Source: Thermoanaerobaculia bacterium
GTDB lineage: Bacteria; Acidobacteriota; Thermoanaerobaculia; UBA5066
DNA length: 64,000 nt
Direction: 5' to 3'
Assembly (NCBI GenBank): GCA_963816185.1
Contig: CAWFJJ010000025.1
Location: 552,794 to 616,793 of the forward strand
Notes under the pieces: generated by a model
Told to the model about the DNA's origin: nothing
The model's input: only the letters and a program-made list of their open reading frames with translations
Database searches by the model: none
Translations under genes and position numbers: made by a program
In this document: piece by piece, positions 1-9,223 of the stretch
How positions within the stretch are numbered: position 1 is the stretch's first letter
Layout: every line of letters begins with the position of its first letter

Positions 1-1881
1 CTGATCAACGCGCAGGGCGAGGATGTCGTGGCCGGCGTGCGCACGCCGCAGAAGATCGCGACGCTCGGCAGGAAGATGCCGAAGGTCTACGCGGAACTGC
101 TCGGCATCCGGAAGACGCTCGAGGACCACTACGGCGACATGCAGGACATCGAGTTCACGGTGGAGGCCGGGAAGCTCTGGATGCTCCAGACGCGGACCGG
201 CAAGCGCACGGGCTTCGCGGAGGTGCGCATCGCCGTCGAGATGGTCGAGGAGAAGCGCATCACGCCCGAGCAGGCCGTCCTGCGCGTGAACCCCGACTCT
301 CTGAACCAGCTTCTCAGGCCGATCTTCGATCCGGCCGCGAAGGCCGAGGCGATGGGCGCCGGCCAGTTTCTCGCGAAGGGTCTCAACGCCGGGCCGGGCG
401 CCGCCACGGGGCGCGCCGTCTTCACGGCGCTCGACGCCTTCGAGTGGGCCGAACGCGGCGAGAAGGTGCTCCTCGTACGCGAGGAGACGAGCCCCGAGGA
501 CATCAAAGGCATGAACGCGGCGGAGGGCGTCCTCACGGCGCGCGGCGGCATGACGTCTCACGCCGCGCTCGTCGCGAGGCAGATGGGCAAGGTGTGCATC
601 GTGGGCTGCGAGACCCTGCGGATCGACGCGCAGCAGCGCCTCATGACGATCGCCTCGCCCGGCGCGAAAGAGCCGCGCATCGTCCACGAGGGCGACTGGC
701 TCTCCATCGACGGCTCGACGGGCGAGGTCATCGAGGGCCGCATCGGGACGAAGCCGTCCGAGGTCCTGCAGGTCATCCTCGACCGCTCCCTCGATCCGAA
801 GAAGAGCGAGGTCTACCGGCGCTACGCGACGCTCATGAAGTGGGCGGACAAGGCTCGGCGCCTGAAGGTGCGCGCGAACGCCGACCAGCCGGACCAGGCC
901 ACGAACGCCGTCGCGTTCGGGGCCGAAGGCATCGGCCTCTGCCGCACGGAGCACATGTTCTTCGGCGGCGAGCGCATCACGGCGATGCGCGAGATGATCC
1001 TCGCGGACAAGACCGAGGACCGCGAGCGTGCGCTCGACAAGATCCTCCCCATGCAGCGCGAGGACTTCGTCGGCCTGTTCCGCGCGATGGGGCCGCGCCC
1101 GGTGACGATCCGGACGCTCGACCCGCCGCTCCACGAGTTCCTTCCGCACGGCGAGAAGGAGCGCGAGAGCGTGGCGCGCCAGGCCGGCGTCGACCCGCGC
1201 ACCGTGGCGCGCAAGGTGGCCGAGCTGCACGAGATGAACCCGATGCTCGGGCACCGCGGCTGCCGCTTGGGCATCTCGTTTCCCGAGATCACCCGCATGC
1301 AGACGCGCGCGATCCTCGAGGCCGCGTGCCGCGTCAAGAAGGAAGGCATCGACGTGAGGCCCGAGATCATGATTCCACTCGTCGGCCACGTGAACGAGCT
1401 GGCCGACCAGGCGAAGATCGTGCGCGACACCGCGAAGAAAGTCTTCGAGGCGGAAGGGATCAAGGTGAGCTTCCTTCTCGGCACGATGATCGAGCTGCCG
1501 CGCGCGGCGGTCACGGCGGACGAGATCGCTCGGGAGGCCGAGTTCTTCAGCTTCGGGACGAACGACCTCACGCAGACGACGTTCGGGCTCTCGCGGGACG
1601 ACGCGGGCAAGTTCCTGCCCGAGTACGTGCGGCGCGAGATCCTGCCCGCCGATCCCTTCGAGAGGCTCGACCAGATCGGCGTCGGCAAGCTCATGAAGAT
1701 GGCCGTCGAGCTGGGGCGCTCGACGCGCCCGGATATGCACCTCGGGATTTGCGGCGAGCACGGCGGCGACCCGTCCAGCGTGGAGTTCTGTCACCGCATC
1801 GGCCTCGACTACGTGTCCTGCTCGCCGTTTCGCATCCCGATCGCCCGGCTGGCCGCGGCGCAGGCGGCGCTGAGGAAGTGA
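1..1881 (+). CDS. ppdK: Pyruvate, phosphate dikinase (5'-truncated by window edge)
   Basis: Frame is open from the window start. Motifs MQDIEFT, LQTR, GGMTSHAALVAR (phospho-His), GIGLCRTEHMF, FFSFGTNDLTQ, GICGEHGGDP. Confidence 0.97.
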   Translation: MINAQGEDVVAGVRTPQKIATLGRKMPKVYAELLGIRKTLEDHYGDMQDIEFTVEAGKLWMLQTRTGKRTGFAEVRIAVEMVEEKRITPEQAVLRVNPDSLNQLLRPIFDPAAKAEAMGAGQFLAKGLNAGPGAATGRAVFTALDAFEWAERGEKVLLVREETSPEDIKGMNAAEGVLTARGGMTSHAALVARQMGKVCIVGCETLRIDAQQRLMTIASPGAKEPRIVHEGDWLSIDGSTGEVIEGRIGTKPSEVLQVILDRSLDPKKSEVYRRYATLMKWADKARRLKVRANADQPDQATNAVAFGAEGIGLCRTEHMFFGGERITAMREMILADKTEDRERALDKILPMQREDFVGLFRAMGPRPVTIRTLDPPLHEFLPHGEKERESVARQAGVDPRTVARKVAELHEMNPMLGHRGCRLGISFPEITRMQTRAILEAACRVKKEGIDVRPEIMIPLVGHVNELADQAKIVRDTAKKVFEAEGIKVSFLLGTMIELPRAAVTADEIAREAEFFSFGTNDLTQTTFGLSRDDAGKFLPEYVRREILPADPFERLDQIGVGKLMKMAVELGRSTRPDMHLGICGEHGGDPSSVEFCHRIGLDYVSCSPFRIPIARLAAAQAALRK

Positions 1882-3347
1882 GCCGCAGAGGCCGCCACCA
1901 CCGCTCCGATCTCGCCGACATCGCGCGCCGCGCGATGCAGGAGAAAGGGCTCAACCCCGACTTCCCGAAGGATGCGCTCGTCCAGCTCGGGAAGATCGAG
2001 GAGCCCGCGCGTGAGAAGGATCCCGCGATCCGCGACCAGCGCGACCTCCTCTGGGCCTCCATCGACAACGACGACAGCCGCGACCTCGACCAGCTTTCCG
2101 TCGCCGAGGAGCTCGCCGGCGGCGCCGTGAGGGTACTCGTCGCGATCGCGGACGTCGACGCGCTCGTCGGGAAGGGAACTCCGCTGGATGGGCGGGCCGC
2201 ACAGAACACGACGTCGGTCTACACGGCCGGCGGGGTCTTCCCCATGCTTCCCGAGAAGCTCTCGACGGACCTCACGTCGCTGAACCAGGACGAGGACCGG
2301 CTCTCCGTCGTCATCGAGTACGTCGTGAACGCGGACGGGACGCTCGGCGATTCCAACGTCTATCGCTCCCTCGTACGCAACAAGGCGAAGCTCGCCTACG
2401 ACTCGGTGGACGCGTGGCGCGACGGCCGCGGAGAGATGCCGGCCGCGATGGCGAAGGTTCCGGGGGTCGACGCACAGATCCGGCTTCAGGAGGACGTTTC
2501 GCAGCGCCTCCGCCACCTGCGTTACGCGCACGGCGCGCTCGACCTCCAGACGATCGAGGCGCGAGCCGTCTTCGACGGTGAGGAGATTCGCGACCTGACG
2601 GTCGACGAGCAGAACCAGCCGAGGCAGCTCATCGAGGACTTCATGATCGCCGCGAACGGCGTGACGGCCCGCTATCTCGAGGACGCGGGCTTCGCCGCTC
2701 TCAGGCGCGTCGTGAAATCCCCGGAGAGGTGGCAGCGCATCGTCTCCGTCGCCGCCGAGCACGGCTTCTCGCTCCCTCCGGAGCCGGACTCGAAGGCGCT
2801 GGAGGCTTTTCTCGCGGCGCGCCGCAAGGCCGACCCTCTGCGCTTTCCGGATCTCTCACTCGTCATCGTGAAGCTCATGGGCTCCGGCGAGTACGTCGTC
2901 GAGCTGCCCGGGAAGGAGCCGGTCGGCCACTTCGGCCTCGCCGTGCGCGACTACACGCACTCCACGGCGCCGAACCGCCGCTACCCGGACGTGATCACGC
3001 AGCGTCTTCTCAAGGCGGCGCTCGCGCATCGCCCGACGCCCTATTCGGCGTCCGATCTGAACGGCCTCGCCGTTCGCTGCACCGAGCAGGAGGACGCCGC
3101 GAACAAAGTCGAACGCCTCGTGCGCAAATCCGCGGCCGCGCTGCTCCTCGAGACGCGCATCGGCGAGCACTTCGACGGAGTCGTGACGGGTGCGTCGGAG
3201 AAGGGCACCTGGGTGCGCATCTTCCGGCCGCCCGTCGAAGGCAAGGTCGTCCGCGGCGAAGCGGGCCTCGAGGTCGGGAACAAGGTGCGCGTCAAGCTCG
3301 TGTCGACGAACGTCGAGCGCGGCTACATCGACTTCGTCAGGGCGTGA
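1878..3347 (+). CDS. RNB-domain exoribonuclease (RNase II/R family, no N-terminal cold-shock domains)
   Basis: GTG at 1878 overlaps the ppdK stop (GTGA). Motifs SIDNDDSRDLDQ, LIEDFMIAAN, HFGLAVRDYTHSTAPNRRYPD and a C-terminal S1-like domain. Confidence 0.92.
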   Translation: MSRRGRHHRSDLADIARRAMQEKGLNPDFPKDALVQLGKIEEPAREKDPAIRDQRDLLWASIDNDDSRDLDQLSVAEELAGGAVRVLVAIADVDALVGKGTPLDGRAAQNTTSVYTAGGVFPMLPEKLSTDLTSLNQDEDRLSVVIEYVVNADGTLGDSNVYRSLVRNKAKLAYDSVDAWRDGRGEMPAAMAKVPGVDAQIRLQEDVSQRLRHLRYAHGALDLQTIEARAVFDGEEIRDLTVDEQNQPRQLIEDFMIAANGVTARYLEDAGFAALRRVVKSPERWQRIVSVAAEHGFSLPPEPDSKALEAFLAARRKADPLRFPDLSLVIVKLMGSGEYVVELPGKEPVGHFGLAVRDYTHSTAPNRRYPDVITQRLLKAALAHRPTPYSASDLNGLAVRCTEQEDAANKVERLVRKSAAALLLETRIGEHFDGVVTGASEKGTWVRIFRPPVEGKVVRGEAGLEVGNKVRVKLVSTNVERGYIDFVRA

Positions 3348-4224
3348 CGCCCGTCAGGAAACGGATCAGGAGCTCGTTGACCCGCTGGGGCGCGTCGGCC
3401 TGCACCCAGTGACTCGCGTCCGCGATCCGCTCGACCGTCAGGCGCGGCACCCAGCGGTCGAGGCCCTCGAGGAGGCCAGGGCCGAGGTAGCGGTCGCGCT
3501 CGCCCCAGACGAGGAGCGTTCGGAGGTCTTCCGGCCACGTGCGGCCGCGGACCCGCGGCGGAAACCGGAAGGCCGCCCGGTAGTAGTTCACGGCGGCCGT
3601 GAGCGCGCCGGGCCGGGCGAGGGCTTCCTTGTACAGGCGGATGTCCTCGTCCGTAAAGGCTCCCGGCGACACGGGATCGCGCCGGAGCATCCTCTCGAGC
3701 ACCGCGAAGTTCCCGGCGCGGATTCGCCGCTCCGGAAGCCAAGGGAGCTGGAAGAAGAAGACGTACGAGGACTTCCTCCGCTGCGCGGGGTTCGTCCGCA
3801 GCTCGCGTCGGAAGGCGAGCGGATGCGGCGCATTGAGCAGGGTCAGCGAGAGCAGTCGCTCGGGATGGAAAAGCGGTGCGAACCACGCGAGGACGCCGCC
3901 CCAGTCGTGCCCGACGACGTGGGCCTTCGCGTTCGCTCCGCCGCCGAGCTGGTCGATCAGGCCCTCCAGGTCCGCGAGGAGGGTCTCGATACGGTACGCG
4001 GAGACACCTCGCGGCGTGTCCGAGAAGTTGTAGCCGCGGAGGTCGGGCGCCACGGCGCGGAAGCCCGCGGCCGCGAGCGCGGGGACCTGGTGGCGCCACG
4101 CGTACCAGAACTCGGGGAAGCCGTGGAGGAGAATGACGAGCGGCCCTTCGCCCTGCTCGACCCAGTGCAGGCGGATCCCGTTGACCCGGCCCTCGACGTG
4201 ACGGAGAGGCGAGGCCGCGTTCAC
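3337..4224 (-). CDS. Alpha/beta hydrolase, epoxide hydrolase-like
   Basis: LLHGFPEFWYAW, PDLRGYN, VVGHDWGG (Asp nucleophile), ASHWVQ. GTG start at 4224 overlaps the upstream stop. Confidence 0.9.
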   Translation of the reverse strand: MNAASPLRHVEGRVNGIRLHWVEQGEGPLVILLHGFPEFWYAWRHQVPALAAAGFRAVAPDLRGYNFSDTPRGVSAYRIETLLADLEGLIDQLGGGANAKAHVVGHDWGGVLAWFAPLFHPERLLSLTLLNAPHPLAFRRELRTNPAQRRKSSYVFFFQLPWLPERRIRAGNFAVLERMLRRDPVSPGAFTDEDIRLYKEALARPGALTAAVNYYRAAFRFPPRVRGRTWPEDLRTLLVWGERDRYLGPGLLEGLDRWVPRLTVERIADASHWVQADAPQRVNELLIRFLTGVTP

Positions 4225-7200
4225 CGGTTGGAATGGGCGACGAAGCTCCCGTCGTTCGTGGCGCCGCTCTGCGGCGTCGGTCCGTCGTTGACGACGCCGT
4301 ACGCGTAGAGCGCGCTCGAGCCTCCCGTGCGGAGGACGTGGACGTAGCCGTTCGCGACCCCATAGGACGTGAGGATGGGCGAGAACTGGAACCACCCGCC
4401 GACGGGAAGGTTCTGGACCTTGGAGCTGCCCGCCAGCTTTCCCGTGTCGCCGTTGTAGACGTCCACGCGGTAGGCGTCCGTCACGTTGACGTTCCCGAAG
4501 TTCACGACGGCGAGGTTCGAGCGGTTCGTCGCGTTCTGCTGGAGGCCGTACACCCAGGCCTCGCCCGAGGCGGCTTCGGACACCTGCGTCGCGCGGTAGA
4601 AGAGACCGTACTGGCCACCGCCCGCGGCGGGCGCCCCCGTCCGTGCCCCGACGAACAGCCACGCGAGACCGCCGTTGCGCATGGCGCTGATCTGGAGCGC
4701 CCCGGCGTAGGAACCGGCCCCCTTGGCGCCGATCGCGACGCCTTTGCCCCGCAGGTAGTCGAGGGCGTTGGGGATGATCTTCTGCTCGTACGGCTGGAGG
4801 CTCTCCATGGCGACGCCGCCCGCGCCGCCCGCCGGGCTCAGCGACTCCACGTACGTCATCGTGATGGTGATCGGCTCGGCGTACGGGCTTCCGAGAACGA
4901 GCTCGCTCTGGAACGTCCCCGTCTCCACGAGGACCGACAGGGTCTGGGGATTTCCCGGACTGAGCGGCATCGGGGGAACGAAGGACCCGTCCGACGTGAC
5001 GTTGTCGTTGAAGACGGCGTACGTGTAGAACGGTCCGGGCCCATCGACGAGCTCGACCGTCGCCCAGCCGTCGGCATAGCCGGCCGAAGACAGGACGTGA
5101 CCGATCTGCGTCCACTGGCCAGGCCCGAGGACGACGTTCGGGAGGACCATGGAGCGTCCGTCGGCGCCCGCGTGGAGAGTCACCCGGAGCGTGATCGGGA
5201 TCGCCGCGTTCATGTTCACGAGGGCGAGGTTGCTCCGGTCGGCGGCATTCTCGCGGAGGCCGAAGAGGTACACGGGCGACGTGAAGGCGTCGTCGAGCCT
5301 CACACCGGGATACGCGAGTCCCGCGCGCCCGCCCGCGGAGGGCGCCGTCGTCCGCGCGCCCGCGAAGGCGACGGAATCCGATGACAGACCCTCGAACGTG
5401 ACGAAGAGCGCCCCGCCCTGATTCGAGTCTGACGGGATCGTCAGGCCCTTCGTCCTCAAGTACGCGAGCGTATCCGGGATAATGATCTGTCGCCCCGCCG
5501 GGAGCGTCTCGCTCACGGTCCCGCTCCCGGAGGCGCCGAGCGAGGTCGCCGCGACGTACGTCATCTGCAGTGTGGCCGTCGTCGTGCCCCGGTTCGCGAG
5601 CGTCAGCTCCGACGAGAACCGCGCGCGCCGCCCACGCCCGAGACGTCGAGGACGATGGGGACGACCTTCGTGACCGCGCTGCCCGCGATCGCGGGGGCGA
5701 CCGTGACCGACTGCGTCTTCGTGTTCTCTCCGGCGGCGTTCGTCACCGTGAGCGAGACCTGGTATTGGCCCGCGGCGGCGAACGTGTGCGTCGGGTACGG
5801 CACCGCCGACACGCCCCCGTCGCCGAAGGTCCACGACCAGGACGTCGGGTTGCCGGTCGAGAGGTCCGTGAAGCCGAATGGCTGCCCGGCGACCGGAATC
5901 CCGGCCCACGTGAAGTCCGCCAGCGCGGGCGGCGTCGGGAAGCGGTAGACGCCCCGTGCGCTCGTGCCGACGTAGAGCGTCGCGGATCCCGGCGCGATCG
6001 CGAAGGCGTTCACGAAAGCGTTCCCGAGCCCGGCGTTGAAAGGCGTCCAGCTCGTCCCGTGGTCCGTGCTCCTGAAGAGACCGACGATCGTGCCGGCGTA
6101 GAACGTCGAGGCGGACGCGGGATCGAACTTCAGGGCGGTGATCGTCGTCGACGGCAGGCCGTTCGTGACCGGTGCCCAGCCCACGCCGCCGTCGGCCGAT
6201 CGAAACAGGCCCCCGTCCGTACCCGCCCACATGGTCGAAGAGGAGCTCGGGTCCATGGTCAGCGCGTAGACGACCCGGGTCGCCAGGGCGTTGTTCGTGA
6301 CCCACTCCAGTCCGCCGTCCTTGTGGACGCGGATCCCGTAGACGCCTGAGTCCGTCCCGGCGACCGCGGTCGCGCCGGGCGCGGGGACGACGATGCTCTC
6401 GAAGACGGGGAGCGGGGCGGGCGAGCCGCCGTAACCCGCCCAAGTGGCGCCGGCGTCGGTGCTCTTCCACGCGAGTCCCTGCGCCGGGGTTGTGGGGGCT
6501 TCGGGCGTGCCGACCCCCCCGGCGGCATAGACGGTCGTCGGCGATCCGGGGTCCGACGCCCACGCGTAGACGATGGCGATGGTGTCGATGTGCGTCCATG
6601 TCGCGCCGCCGTCGGTGCTCCTCCAGCCCCCGTCGCCCATTCCGGCGAGAATCGTCGAAGAGCCCGGGAGGATTGCGAGACAGAAAACGTTGGCGACGTT
6701 CGGGCTGACCGTGACGGACGTCCACGTCACGCCGGCGTCCACGCTCTTGTATAGGCCGACGTCGGTGCCCGCGTAGACAGTCGCGGGTGCCGTGGGATCG
6801 ACGGCGAGCGACAGGATCCTGACCGACGTCAGGCCCCTGTTCGAGGCCTGGGCGTTCACGCCCGCGTTCGTGCTCCTGAAGACGCCGTTCGCCGCCCCGA
6901 TGTAGACATTCGAGGGCGTCACGGGGTCGACCGCAAGGGCATTGATGACCTGTTGCGGGAAGCCGCCGGTCACCCGGCTCAGGGTCGCGGCCCCGTCGAG
7001 ACTCTTCGCGACCTGCACCGCGTTGGCGCAGGCATAGACCGTGGTGGGCGTGACGGGGTCGATGGCCAGAGCGAAGCCGGTCCCCTTGAAAGCGGCGGCA
7101 TTCCAGGTCGCCGCGCCGTCGGTGCTCTTGAAGACGCCGCCTCCGTTCGTCCCGGCATAGAGGGTCGAAGGCGTTTTCGGGTCAATCGCGATCGCGAAGA

Positions 7201-7933
7201 CCCTCGTCTGGGTCAACCCGTTCGAGGCCGCCGTCCAGGTCGCGGCCCCGTCCGAGGTCCGGAAGACGCCGTTGTCCCTCGTACCCGCATAGAGAGTCGA
7301 GGGCGAGACCGAATTGATCGCCAGGGCGAAAACCTGCACGGTCCCGAGGCCGGCGCTCGCGGCGGTCCAGCTCGCCGCGCCGTCCGTGCTCTTGAAGACC
7401 CCGCTGTCCGTCCCTGCATAGAGTGTGGATGGCGTCCCGGGGTCGATCGCAAAGACCCAGATCCGGTTCGTCGTCAGGCCGGCCGCCGCCCAGCTCGTCC
7501 CGCCGTCGGTGCTCCTCCAGACGCCGTGATTCCTCGTGCCCGCATACACGGTCGTGCTCGTGATCGGATCGATCGCGAGAGAGAGAACGGCATCCCCCGG
7601 CAAGCCGGTACCGGCAACCGCCCAGCTCGCCCCGCCGTTCGTCGTCTTGAAGACGCCGCCGCCGCCCGCGCTGCTGAACTTGAAGGCCCCGTGGCCGGTG
7701 CCCGCGTAGATCGTCGCCGGCGCGCGCGGATCGATGGCCAGGGCGAACACATTCCCCCCGGTCGGTCCGACGCTGCTCCACACGTCCACGTCGCCGCGGG
7801 CAACGCCCGCGAGAAGAAAGAGGGCCGCAAAAGTGGGGATAGAGACGAACCGGTGGGTGAGAAGGCAACGCAGCCTAACGAGCACGATCATGTCGTCGAT
7901 CGCTCCGGGAAACGCGCGATTGCGCGGCATCAT
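4221..7933 (-). CDS. Large secreted protein: BNR/Asp-box beta-propeller repeats + PKD domain + C-terminal beta-sandwich modules; frameshift near 5625
   Basis: Signal-like N-terminus, many (K/R)STDGGxxW repeats, PKD motif WSWTFGDG...YQVSLTVTN. ORF 5603..7933 joins the 4221 frame (RFSSELTLANRG) if 2 nt are removed from a (GC)n run at about 5620-5628. Start codon uncertain. Confidence 0.8.
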
Positions 7934-7948
7934 ATCGTGCGCGGGGGG

Positions 7949-9187
7949 TCACGAGCCCTCCCGCCGCGGCTCCCTGACGCGTGAGAAGAGCGCGGCGGAG
8001 AGGAGTCCGAGCGCGAGCATCGAGAGCCACAGCACGCGCCCGCCCCCGTGTTCGAGGAGCGCGGTTCCGAGCGGCGGCCCGACGACGATCGCGAAGCTGA
8101 ACGCCATCCCGTAGAGCCCCATGTAGACGCCGCGGCTCTCGGGCGGCGCGACGTCGGCTACCCACGACGCCATTCCGGGGAGCAGCATCATCTCGCCGAA
8201 CGTCCAGACGACGATCGTGAGGACGACGACGGGCATCGAGCGCGCGAACGCGAGCGCGCCGAAGCCAGAGGCGACGAGGACGGAGCCGAGCGCGAGCGCG
8301 CGCCGGTGCGACCAGTGCGCGGTCGCGAAGTTGAGCGGCACCTCGAGGAAGACGATCAGGACCGTGTTGACCGTGTGGAGGAGGCCGAACGTCCAGACCG
8401 GGAAGCCGAGGACCACGACGAGGAAGACGGGCAGGGACGACGCGTGTTGGAAGAAGACGATCCCCACCGGCACGAGCGCGACGAGGAAGTAGACGAGCGC
8501 CGGATCCCGCAGGCCCTCGCGCCGCGACGGGCCGACGCCGGCGGGTGCCGCCGCGGGGAACGCGATGTCCTTCGGGAAGAAGAGGGCGAGCGTCGCGGCC
8601 GCGAGGAGGGACGTCGCGCCGTCGACGTAGAACAGAGCGGGCCACGACACGGCCGCGAGGAAGCCGCCGAGCGCGGGCCCGATGCTCATCCCGAGATTCG
8701 AAGCGAGCCGCTGGAGCGCGAACGCCGCCCGCCGCTGTTCGGGCGCGGCGAGGTGCGTGATGACGCTCAGGCTCGCCGGCCGGAACGCCTCGTTCACGAC
8801 GGCGATGACGAGCGTGAGCACGGCGATCGACGGGAGGGTGCGCGCGAGCGGGACGAAGAGGAGGAAGAGGCCCGAGAGGAGGAGCGAGACGAGCATCATC
8901 CGCACGGGGCCGAAGCGGTCCGCGAACCGGCCGACGACCGGTCCCGCCACGAGCGCCCCGAGGCCGAAGAGCGCGAAGACGCCGCCCGCCATGGACGGGG
9001 TCACGCCCAGGTCCTTCGTGAGGTAGAGGATCAGGAACGGCAGGAACATCGTCCCCGACCGGTTCACGAGAGTGGCCCCCGCGAGCACCCAGAGCGCGCG
9101 GGGGAGATCCGAGAGTCCCCGCCAGGGGTTCAGCGCGAGTCTCCGGAGAGCGGCATCACGCGCGGAGCATACGTGCGCCTGCATCAT
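7949..9187 (-). CDS. MFS transporter
   Basis: About 12 hydrophobic segments and motif A (GRFADRFGP). Start approximate. Confidence 0.9.
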   Translation of the reverse strand: MMQAHVCSARDAALRRLALNPWRGLSDLPRALWVLAGATLVNRSGTMFLPFLILYLTKDLGVTPSMAGGVFALFGLGALVAGPVVGRFADRFGPVRMMLVSLLLSGLFLLFVPLARTLPSIAVLTLVIAVVNEAFRPASLSVITHLAAPEQRRAAFALQRLASNLGMSIGPALGGFLAAVSWPALFYVDGATSLLAAATLALFFPKDIAFPAAAPAGVGPSRREGLRDPALVYFLVALVPVGIVFFQHASSLPVFLVVVLGFPVWTFGLLHTVNTVLIVFLEVPLNFATAHWSHRRALALGSVLVASGFGALAFARSMPVVVLTIVVWTFGEMMLLPGMASWVADVAPPESRGVYMGLYGMAFSFAIVVGPPLGTALLEHGGGRVLWLSMLALGLLSAALFSRVREPRREGS

Positions 9188-9223
9188 TCCTGCCGGTCCG
9201 GCAGATTCCGAAGATAATCTCTT

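Noticed and set aside
444-1877. Long N-terminal extension of the 967-aa ORF, and many other long Arg/Pro/Ala-rich overlapping or antisense ORFs across the window
   Set aside because: Shadow frames expected in high-GC DNA. The recognisable domains begin at downstream starts that overlap the previous stop.
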